Source: a virus
IMG/VR virus record: IMGVR_UViG_3300035703_000025
Span: 61,472 to 125,471 of that record
Direction: 5' to 3' (one strand)
DNA length: 64,000 nt
Positions 56,998-64,000 of the stretch are shown in pieces. The translations under genes were made by a program, and so were the position numbers. How positions within the stretch are numbered: position 1 is the stretch's first letter; the number at the start of each line of letters is the position of its first letter. The notes under the pieces were generated by a model. It made no database searches. It was given only the letters and a program-made list of their open reading frames with translations, and was not told the DNA's origin.

Positions 56998-57889
56998 TTA
57001 TTTTTCTTTCTTTAAGAATAGACTTCATCTGATTATACGAGTTTATTCCGTGGCTTGGATCTGAAATGTCTGCGTAGCCAAAACTACAGGCGCCAACGTT
57101 CTCATTAACTAAAAGCCTGCATCCACACATAGCAGCTTCAACTACTGTTCGCGCAGACGCCTCTTTCCAGTTTGGTGTGTGTATAAAGAACGTAGCCTTA
57201 TTCATAACTTCTGCTATTTCTTGCGGAGTTCCAGTCCCTAAATAGTTTTGTTGATCTATGAGATCTAGATTTCCTCGCCCAATAAACTTTATGTTGTTTC
57301 CAAACATATACTGGGCTTCAACAACGCCCTTGGCTTCTGTTATTGCCCCGACATATAGAACGTTAATTGGTCTTTCGTATCCTTTATTATGGAATATATT
57401 AGCGTCTATTTTTTGGAAATAGCAGAATGAGTTTGGAATTTGATTACCAATAAACTTGCACCACTCGTTATAATGAAGTGGGCTTAAAAATATATTAACA
57501 AAGCTGTTGGCCATCAACCCAGCCATAAATGTCTTTATTGCGTTTGGTTGGTATCTAACATCTGGTTGTATCATCCAGCCGCCGTATTCTTCTGGGGTTG
57601 CTCCAGTATACGCGCATTCAAAAACAACAGTTGGTTTTTTAGTATTTAAAAACTGTCTTTGCTCAGCAGGACCAAACCATTTTGATCCGCCTGGATCATT
57701 GAATAAATCAAAAAACACACAAAGATCTGCACTGTCTGGTGCCTGAAAAAGATCATTTGGTGTTATAACGTTTACAAAATACCCAGCCTCTTTCAAAGCA
57801 TTAATAAGATCTCTGCCAGTGGTATGGCCACCGCTTAAATAGTAATCGTCGCATAGAGGGCTTATAATTGTATAAATATTTGCTATCAC
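56990..57889 (-). CDS. Glycosyltransferase family 4-like (GT-B)
   Basis: LYVG…KG, EASARTVVEAAMCGC; GTG start 5 nt after TATACT. Confidence 0.8.
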   Translation of the reverse strand: MIANIYTIISPLCDDYYLSGGHTTGRDLINALKEAGYFVNVITPNDLFQAPDSADLCVFFDLFNDPGGSKWFGPAEQRQFLNTKKPTVVFECAYTGATPEEYGGWMIQPDVRYQPNAIKTFMAGLMANSFVNIFLSPLHYNEWCKFIGNQIPNSFCYFQKIDANIFHNKGYERPINVLYVGAITEAKGVVEAQYMFGNNIKFIGRGNLDLIDQQNYLGTGTPQEIAEVMNKATFFIHTPNWKEASARTVVEAAMCGCRLLVNENVGACSFGYADISDPSHGINSYNQMKSILKERKINA

Positions 57890-57894
57890 ATTTA

Positions 57895-57901
57895 AGTATA
57901 G
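57895..57901 (-). promoter_or_regulatory. CTATACT -10-like element
   Basis: Directly after a terminator, 5 nt before GTG 57889. Confidence 0.55.
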
Positions 57902-57902
57902 C

Positions 57903-57925
57903 AAAAACCGGCATTGCTGCCGGTT
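57903..57925 (-). terminator. Rho-independent terminator
   Basis: AACCGGCA-(4 nt)-TGCCGGTT hairpin with a T run on the minus strand, ending the 59578-57951 unit. Confidence 0.85.
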
Positions 57926-57950
57926 CTTACTTTTGCGTTGTTTTATTTAT

Positions 57951-58334
57951 TTACTTATCACCAACAAAATTATCACGAACTGCAGAGATATAATCTGCGG
58001 CTAATGTTATTTTGCCAAGCATCCAAGCTTCAATTTCTTTGCCTTTAGAAACGTGATTAGCAATATCGCCAGCGTTTGCAATAAGAGCATTGATGTCGCT
58101 CATGAACATTTCTTTGGTTTCTTCATCAACCTCAGAGGTATCCATCTCTTCCATTTCTGGCTCTTCTTCGCTCATCATTTCCATCTCTGGCATTTCGGGC
58201 ATTTCGGCAGGAGCTGATTGCATACCACCACCCATCTCTGGCTGCTGCATCATCATTGGCATCTGAGTCATACCCATTTCGTCTTGGCCAACAGCCTTTT
58301 GTAGTTTCGATAATAAATTCTTAATGTTTGACAT
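57951..58334 (-). CDS. Met/Glu-rich protein with EAW..KI..A.DY domain and basic leader
   Basis: MPEM repeats; EIEAWMLGKITLAADYI motif. Confidence 0.75.
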   Translation of the reverse strand: MSNIKNLLSKLQKAVGQDEMGMTQMPMMMQQPEMGGGMQSAPAEMPEMPEMEMMSEEEPEMEEMDTSEVDEETKEMFMSDINALIANAGDIANHVSKGKEIEAWMLGKITLAADYISAVRDNFVGDK

Positions 58335-58342
58335 TTTTATCC

Positions 58343-58951
58343 TTATTCTAGGTAGTTGTCGAATCTTGTTCCTGGGATTACGCGTCTAGCCTTGACGCTA
58401 AAAAGTACGCCAGAAGCCTGATCGGGTGTGCCGGTAAATACTAGACCAACAGATTGTCCCCTTGCTACAGTTCTAGCAGTATCTGATACCAACGCACCAG
58501 TTGCAACGGTGTGAGCCGCTGTTGTTAAGTCCATTGCTGCAGTAATGGCTGTACCGGAAGAAAAAGCGGTTCCGCTATTTGATTTAAAGAGTGTTGCTGT
58601 AAGGGCGCCAACGTTTGGGCTGCTTGATCTAAATTTTATGCTGTCAATGATAAAGTCGTGCTCTGATATAAACATTCCACCATTACCAGTAACGCATTCT
58701 GATGGAGAGTTAAACTTAATGGCAATAGTTTGATCATCATCATCAATCTGCATTGCTCTAACATTGAATACTTCTGTGGTGCCAGCTGAAATTTGCAGTT
58801 GTTTTGGGCCTCTAAATGTGGTGAATTGGTTATTTGGTTGGGTTGGTCTTATGTCGTTGTGCTGAATATCACCAGCGGCTGGACCAACGTCTCTTCCGCC
58901 ACCCTTGAAGACGCTTTTATTGTTATTTAATGTGGTTATGTTTGTTGACAT
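58343..58951 (-). CDS. Probable virion structural protein (beta-rich)
   Basis: 202 aa, T/G/A-rich, in a late unit. Confidence 0.6.
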   Translation of the reverse strand: MSTNITTLNNNKSVFKGGGRDVGPAAGDIQHNDIRPTQPNNQFTTFRGPKQLQISAGTTEVFNVRAMQIDDDDQTIAIKFNSPSECVTGNGGMFISEHDFIIDSIKFRSSSPNVGALTATLFKSNSGTAFSSGTAITAAMDLTTAAHTVATGALVSDTARTVARGQSVGLVFTGTPDQASGVLFSVKARRVIPGTRFDNYLE

Positions 58952-58966
58952 TTTTAAAGCCTTTTA

Positions 58967-59578
58967 TTATTTACCAACGTCGTATTTGTCGCCGCCACCT
59001 GGACCCTTGAATCCACCAGTCATTTTTGTGTAATAAGTAACCCCTTTGTTCTTGTCGTAGGTTTCGTTTCCAGGGGCTTTGTCTGCTGCAAAAGTTGTGC
59101 TAGTGATTTCTGCGTTAGCGGCTTTATCGTTGAGAATCGCTATATTTGAACCGTTTACCTCAAGAACACGACCGTAAAGGTCCATCCATTTTGTTGCTTC
59201 GCCACCTTGCTGGGTTTCTTTGAGGTCGTAGTTCTTAATTAGAGAATAAGTTCTTAACCCACCATCTGCAACCCTTGCCGCAATACCAGCTAGGGCTTGG
59301 GCGGAAGCGAGGGTGGTGTCTCCAGGATCTCTTCTGAATTGTGATTGGGCAAAGCCTGCGACTCTCGCTGTGAAAGCCCCTGCCGCAAATGTAGTCTCTA
59401 CATAGCTTGGTACAGAGACATCAGCCTTAGAAAGGTTAGAAAAATTACCAAGCTTATCAAAAGTTGTGCTAGGTGGAGTGTCTTGATTTCTTCTGATACC
59501 AAGACCGCGAGCAGTCTGAGCGTAGTTTGATTCAGCTGTTGTATATGTGGTTGCACTAGAAGTTGATTTGGTTGCCAT
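58967..59578 (-). CDS. Probable virion structural protein
   Basis: 203 aa; late motif plus GAGG RBS. Confidence 0.6.
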   Translation of the reverse strand: MATKSTSSATTYTTAESNYAQTARGLGIRRNQDTPPSTTFDKLGNFSNLSKADVSVPSYVETTFAAGAFTARVAGFAQSQFRRDPGDTTLASAQALAGIAARVADGGLRTYSLIKNYDLKETQQGGEATKWMDLYGRVLEVNGSNIAILNDKAANAEITSTTFAADKAPGNETYDKNKGVTYYTKMTGGFKGPGGGDKYDVGK

Positions 59579-59596
59579 GTATATCCTCTTGTTTTA

Positions 59597-59604
59597 AAAT
59601 ACAC
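59597..59604 (-). promoter_or_regulatory. GTGTATWW late-promoter-like motif
   Basis: GTGTATTT, then AGAGGA RBS. Confidence 0.6.
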
Positions 59605-59625
59605 TAGTTTGTTTTTTAATACCAA

Positions 59626-60303
59626 TCATAATTTATCTAGCAAAAGCTTTGGAATTGCCTGTGATGGCGTACCAACTAGCTTGTAACCCATATCGAATAT
59701 TGAGAATATGTTGGATATCTTGTTTGGAACAGAACCAAAGTACTCGTAATTTTCAAAGCCAGACACCTTGCATATTTTCGCTGCTTGTTTAAGCTCTCTA
59801 AGGTCTTTTGGGTTTGATAGAAATCCAGAAAAAACTAAACGGATCTCATCATATGGCGCAACAACGCTAAGCAATTTTGATAAATGCTCATCAGACTTTA
59901 TCCATGAAAACTCAACGGCAACCCGTTTCTCTACTGCCGAAAGCTCAGAAAGCTCCAGCAAAAACTCTCGCATCTTTTCGTAGTTACCAGACTCAACATC
60001 TCCTTTGTCTAGGCTTGTTATTACACCCATACAAGAACTGTTCATAATAGAAAAGGTCTTAACAAGGCAGTCAAGCGCACTGTCCTTGCTAAGACCCTGA
60101 TACGGGTAGTTTATGGCAGATATTAGTCTATTATTCTGCGGCAACCCTGGCTCAAAAAGATCCAAAGAAGCCGTATCAATAACACAACCGTAAAAACCGT
60201 GCTCATTTACAAAGGCGTAGTCGTATACAATTTTATTGCTGTTCGACTTTAGAGACAGGCTTGTTATGATTATTTTCTCTAGCAGTTCCTGACGTTTTGA
60301 CAT
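59626..60303 (-). CDS. Degenerate DeoC-like (aldolase TIM barrel) protein
   Basis: AINYPYQG, ESGNY, RVAVE, FSGF and GYKLVGT parallel DeoC motifs; catalytic Lys apparently absent. Confidence 0.5.
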   Translation of the reverse strand: MSKRQELLEKIIITSLSLKSNSNKIVYDYAFVNEHGFYGCVIDTASLDLFEPGLPQNNRLISAINYPYQGLSKDSALDCLVKTFSIMNSSCMGVITSLDKGDVESGNYEKMREFLLELSELSAVEKRVAVEFSWIKSDEHLSKLLSVVAPYDEIRLVFSGFLSNPKDLRELKQAAKICKVSGFENYEYFGSVPNKISNIFSIFDMGYKLVGTPSQAIPKLLLDKL

Positions 60304-61006
60304 TTGTTAAGCACTCCCAAGAAACCGGAAAAAGCGGCCCGATTATCTTGTCAAAAGCGTCAGCGTACTGTCTAACTTCCCATTGCGCGTGAGGGTCCGA
60401 TCTTTGTGAATACACGCGAGCGTATGCTGCAAGAGATCCTGTCCACCACCATTCTGTGTAGGCTCCCTGTGGCAGAATAGAGCGAGCCTGCTCTGGAGCA
60501 ACGCCTTTTTCAAGAAGGGTTTTATAAACTGTCATCGCCTCCTCAACAGCCATTGAATATGAGCGATTGATGTAATTATAATCATCGTTTATTTCTATAA
60601 AGTCCTCTGAACCCTGCTTGGCTCCATTTGTGGGCTTTGCTCGCCATCTTGGATGGTAAATATCAGGATCTTCTTGGACGTATCGTCTAGAAACTTCATT
60701 TTCGGTGAACCCAACTTTATGCTTAAAGAGTTGAGTGCGCACAAATATCGGAGCCTTGATCCTCAAAGTAATCTGTGGATGAGAAAATGGAGTCCAGTGC
60801 TTGTGCTCGGCTAGATATTTAATTAGCGCCCTGTCTTTTTGAGAAAGCGTTTTAACTGGACTTTCATCGCTTTCACCAAAAGGATAGTCCATTGTCCATG
60901 AGCTTTCCTTGTTGAATGAAACACGAGCAGAATTAACGACCGTCAGATCGTTTCCCATATGATCAACAAGCTCAACGTGTCCGTAATCAAGAACTCTGAT
61001 TCTCAT
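60233..61006 (-). CDS. thyX: Flavin-dependent thymidylate synthase
   Basis: VVNSARVSF, HWTPF, APIFVRTQLFKH…NEVSRRY, EQAR..LP, HAQWE. Confidence 0.95.
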   Translation of the reverse strand: MRIRVLDYGHVELVDHMGNDLTVVNSARVSFNKESSWTMDYPFGESDESPVKTLSQKDRALIKYLAEHKHWTPFSHPQITLRIKAPIFVRTQLFKHKVGFTENEVSRRYVQEDPDIYHPRWRAKPTNGAKQGSEDFIEINDDYNYINRSYSMAVEEAMTVYKTLLEKGVAPEQARSILPQGAYTEWWWTGSLAAYARVYSQRSDPHAQWEVRQYADAFDKIIGPLFPVSWECLTNVKTSGTARENNHNKPVSKVEQQ

Positions 61007-61430
61007 TTTCATTTGCCTTTTCTAGAACGTGATCTCTGTAGCATTTGTTAAAGTATTGTTTTATTTGTGGTTCGTCAAATTGTTCAGCGATAGTTACAAA
61101 CATTCTGTATGGCGACTTAACTATTATTTTTTCAACGCCATCAATAGATCCTAGCGCGTCAGCCATATCGTATGTTATAGGAAAGTTTACAAACACGAGA
61201 AATTCATTACTTTTTCTAAAAGCACACTGTGGACTAAACAGCGGTAGTATATCACCGTTTATTTCAATTGTTTTTGGAAATGGCGCGTCCTCGTCTGAGG
61301 AATCAAATATTCGCTTTGAGTTTGGGTCATGGCATTTGCTCATTTCTCCAGTTGGCTCATTGCAAATTGGACATAGGCGCTTTTCCCAGCGTATCTCTGG
61401 TTTTTTGGTCCAGTCAACTTTTTTCTTCAC
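60987..61430 (-). CDS. Hypothetical protein with N-terminal CPIC motif
   Basis: 147-aa ORF in operon. Confidence 0.6.
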   Translation of the reverse strand: MKKKVDWTKKPEIRWEKRLCPICNEPTGEMSKCHDPNSKRIFDSSDEDAPFPKTIEINGDILPLFSPQCAFRKSNEFLVFVNFPITYDMADALGSIDGVEKIIVKSPYRMFVTIAEQFDEPQIKQYFNKCYRDHVLEKANENENQSS

Positions 61431-62589
61431 TGTTTGTCTTTCTTCTGTATAATCTCATGCCGTATTCATTATCGGTCGAAGACGGTACAACACCTTCTTT
61501 AAAAATAGGAGTATTGTTTTTAAAAGGAGAGTAGTCAACTTGGTGATGCCATCTTCCAAATTTCCAAATAACATCAACAACATCTGGGTGTTGCTCTTTT
61601 AGAGAGTTAGCAAATGACCATCTGTTATCTCCAGTATTATAGACATTGTCTGTATTTCCGCCGCTCATAGCCTTTTTGCCTTTTGATCCAAAGGTCGCGC
61701 CCTTTTGCATCATTAGCGAACAAAATACAGCTGTACAGTATCCGTCTTTTAATAGTCTCAAAGACAGGTCTGTGTCTTCATTGTATCTCCCTCTCCACTG
61801 ATACGGCACGTTTGTGTCAAGGAGTATGCAGGAATATACTCTAGTATTAAAAAGCACCGGGGAATGTGCTGTCCATCCAACTTTTACAAAGCCAGAGTGG
61901 TGTGGCCCAGCCATGGCAATATTTTCATATCTGTCAACAAAATCCTCCATAGCATTAAAAAATCCACCACCGCCAACCTGTATTCTTCTTGTTAGGTTAG
62001 CTCTGTAAAAATGATAAATATTATCATCAACAACCCAGTGTCTTTTATGCTCTCTCTCTTTTGCCCAATTCCATATAAAATTACGAGCTGGTATTGATCC
62101 TTTTCCAAGGTCGTGGAAAGGCATTACAACAACCCGATCTTCGCCAAGTGCTTCTTTGTATTGATCTTCTTCTGTTTCTTCAACAAAAAACTTATAGTCA
62201 ACACCAAGCCCGTCTAGCGTTTTTCCAGTTACCTGTAACGCAGCCCTTCCTTTGCTAGGTATGCAGACTGGATATCTAGAGTTTGTCTTTGGCCCAAGAT
62301 ATTTGTACTCGCCAGGATCTGGTCCTGTCTGCTGTGGAAACCAAATTGATTTTTGTTTTGATCCACCAGAAAGGCCAAGCTTTTTGTAAAAAGCGCGCCT
62401 GTCTTCTGCTGTCAAAAAACTGACCGTTATCTGAGAATACGGCTTAATATTTTCATTATTAAATGCTGGCATTCCCCACCAATGGGACTTCCAGTTTGGT
62501 CCGACATTAAACAAAGAACCATCATCTTTTTTGATTGATTTTCTAGACAGCTTTTCTAAATCATCACTATTGGCTTCAAAAAATTCCAT
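61414..62589 (-). CDS. TET-associated/GREB1-like glycosyltransferase (putative DNA base modification)
   Basis: YPVCIPSKGR, ARNFIW, HWVVDDNI, YSCILL, RGRYNEDTDLSL, GGNT, RWHH. Confidence 0.8.
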   Translation of the reverse strand: MEFFEANSDDLEKLSRKSIKKDDGSLFNVGPNWKSHWWGMPAFNNENIKPYSQITVSFLTAEDRRAFYKKLGLSGGSKQKSIWFPQQTGPDPGEYKYLGPKTNSRYPVCIPSKGRAALQVTGKTLDGLGVDYKFFVEETEEDQYKEALGEDRVVVMPFHDLGKGSIPARNFIWNWAKEREHKRHWVVDDNIYHFYRANLTRRIQVGGGGFFNAMEDFVDRYENIAMAGPHHSGFVKVGWTAHSPVLFNTRVYSCILLDTNVPYQWRGRYNEDTDLSLRLLKDGYCTAVFCSLMMQKGATFGSKGKKAMSGGNTDNVYNTGDNRWSFANSLKEQHPDVVDVIWKFGRWHHQVDYSPFKNNTPIFKEGVVPSSTDNEYGMRLYRRKTNSEEKS

Positions 62590-62629
62590 TTAACGCTTTC
62601 TTGATTTGCTTTATTATTTAATCATGTAC

Positions 62630-62636
62630 ATTGTAG
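62630..62636 (-). promoter_or_regulatory. CTACAAT -10-like element
   Basis: In the AT-rich gap upstream of 62589. Confidence 0.45.
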
Positions 62637-62649
62637 GCGTCTTTTGTTT

Positions 62650-62874
62650 TCAAAAACCAAGTTCTTCATCAAGTTCTGCGAGTCTATCCATAGCCTTTTG
62701 CTGTTCCGTCTTTGGCTTCTCAAAGCAATCCCATCCACGGATCTTGGCAACTTCTTCTGACTTCTGTCCTGTGTCTAGTCCTTGCCAAAGGCAGACTTCT
62801 CTCCGGGCTTCGTCACGCTCGGCAATACAGAACTCTAGCTCTTGAACTAGTCGTGAAAATGGATCGTCACTCAT
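62650..62874 (-). CDS. Small ERDEARR…GWDCF family protein
   Basis: 74 aa; motifs shared with 63643-63867 and 63864-63998. Confidence 0.7.
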   Translation of the reverse strand: MSDDPFSRLVQELEFCIAERDEARREVCLWQGLDTGQKSEEVAKIRGWDCFEKPKTEQQKAMDRLAELDEELGF

Positions 62875-63136
62875 CTGTCATCTCACCCATGAAAAAGTTT
62901 TTCTGATTAATTTCTTCAGACCGCTTATCAAGTTCCTCTTGCAACTTCTTGCCAGCATCAGACTGCTTCCACGCTTCGATGGCGGGGTGATCGCAGGAGC
63001 AGACAAGAGCCTCGTCCGTATCGGGTCCAACGAGCATCCCGTCCCACTCGTTGCACCAATGCCATCCGGCTTCCCACTCCTCTTTGGTGGGTCCTTGTCC
63101 GGTGCGGTCAAGTTCCATGTAGCGTTCACGATTCAT
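62867..63136 (-). CDS. Hypothetical protein
   Basis: 89 aa; GWHWCNEWDG motif. Confidence 0.65.
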   Translation of the reverse strand: MNRERYMELDRTGQGPTKEEWEAGWHWCNEWDGMLVGPDTDEALVCSCDHPAIEAWKQSDAGKKLQEELDKRSEEINQKNFFMGEMTDE

Positions 63137-63455
63137 TTGAGTCTTCCTTCGGCGTGTTATAGTAGCTCATGTATGGAGAAAAGTCAATATTATTTTTCTT
63201 GAGTGTTTCCTCAAGATGTAATATGTGCATAGACATCCTAAACACAAATTCACGAATCTCTTCCTCTTTCCACTTTCCCCGAATCCTATCTGCCGCATCC
63301 AAAATTACATCACACATACGAGGTGAGCAGTTGCGTTGATCGTGCCGTTCGTAGATCATCTTGTCGATGATCTCAGGCTGACCGATCCCTCGCTTGATCT
63401 TATAGTATTCGTCAAGGAACGGATCATTGGTCACATTGTCGTACTCATCTATCAC
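63126..63455 (-). CDS. Hypothetical protein
   Basis: 109 aa; GAGGA RBS, GTGA coupling. Confidence 0.65.
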   Translation of the reverse strand: MIDEYDNVTNDPFLDEYYKIKRGIGQPEIIDKMIYERHDQRNCSPRMCDVILDAADRIRGKWKEEEIREFVFRMSMHILHLEETLKKNNIDFSPYMSYYNTPKEDSNES

Positions 63456-63646
63456 TTGCCATCCTCCTCGTACTCGCCACGCATGATCTCTTCAAGTTCA
63501 AAGATTCGTTCCACCAGCCGATCACCAGTTTGGACAAGTTCGTATTCTATTTTCCGATACTCTTTACAGGACTTGTAAAACAACTCAATCTGTTTTTTGA
63601 TTCGCTGTTCCTTCGTGATCTTGGTCTTGCGCTTCTTCTTGCTCAC
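63452..63646 (-). CDS. Small basic coiled-coil protein
   Basis: 64 aa; GGAGGA RBS. Confidence 0.65.
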   Translation of the reverse strand: MSKKKRKTKITKEQRIKKQIELFYKSCKEYRKIEYELVQTGDRLVERIFELEEIMRGEYEEDGK

Positions 63647-63867
63647 TTGCAGTCCTCCTTATAGCAGTCCAGCACCCTCGCTACTCCGTTGCCTTCCTGA
63701 ATGATGGACAGCATTTGTGTTTCATTGCGTTGAATAATGTCTCTCACTTGCTGCCTTGCCTCGTCACGCTCCTTGATTAGCCGCTCAATCACTTCTGCGA
63801 TCTCATCGGCACAGTTGATGCTGTGAGACAGTCTCTTGATCCTTGCGATGGCATCGTGTTCGTTCAC
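63643..63867 (-). CDS. Small ERDEAR family protein
   Basis: GTG start at 63867 after GGAGG; KERDEARQQ…DCYKE. Confidence 0.65.
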   Translation of the reverse strand: MNEHDAIARIKRLSHSINCADEIAEVIERLIKERDEARQQVRDIIQRNETQMLSIIQEGNGVARVLDCYKEDCK

Positions 63868-63998
63868 TTGGTTTCCTCCTTGTAACAATCCCAGCCCTTT
63901 CGCTTTGCGATCTCTTTAGGATCTCTTGCAAGAGGATAGTCTGGCAGAATAATCTCTGAGCACGGATTCGTACCAAAGTTATTTGATGTATCACGACG
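63864..63998 (-). CDS. Partial ORF (3' end) carrying an RNR active-site-like peptide and a GWDCY tail
   Basis: Reads RRDTSNNFGTNPCSEIILPDYPLARDPKEIAKRKGWDCYKEETK*; GTGA-coupled to the next gene. Confidence 0.65.
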   Translation of the reverse strand, partial: RRDTSNNFGTNPCSEIILPDYPLARDPKEIAKRKGWDCYKEETK

Positions 63999-64000
63999 AT

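Noticed and set aside
1-64000. Alternative genetic code (stop-codon reassignment)
   Set aside because: Conserved genes are full length in code 11, and TAA, TAG and TGA all serve as stops

Overview
This 64 kb window comes from a large tailed dsDNA bacteriophage (standard genetic code, dense ATGA/TAATG gene overlaps). A Planctomycetota host is inferred from GACC-type Cys domains and the SSB sequence. 1-17.6 kb (+) is a tail module: two paralogous chaperone-like genes, a 1903-aa tape measure protein, tail/baseplate proteins and a holin-like gene. 17.6-64 kb is mostly a minus-strand replication and metabolism arm: Whirly-like and Rad52-like proteins, a glycosyltransferase cluster, SSB, a DnaE split into two genes 10 kb apart without an intein, DnaQ, primase, DnaB, RecA, dUTPase, class II RNR, ThyX and a TET-associated-type glycosyltransferase. 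That arm is interrupted by cassettes that begin with a GTGTATWW promoter-like motif, six times exactly 14 nt before the ATG. These cassettes encode otherwise unrelated Cys-rich, membrane-inserting and acidic proteins that share a basic amphipathic N-terminal leader ending in A-x-A/G, a candidate virion-cargo targeting system. Other highlights are a structured ~85-nt RNA coupled to a terminator upstream of a methyltransferase, and a stray copy of the RNR active-site peptide in an ORF at the window end. All calls are from motif reading by eye; no database searches were run.
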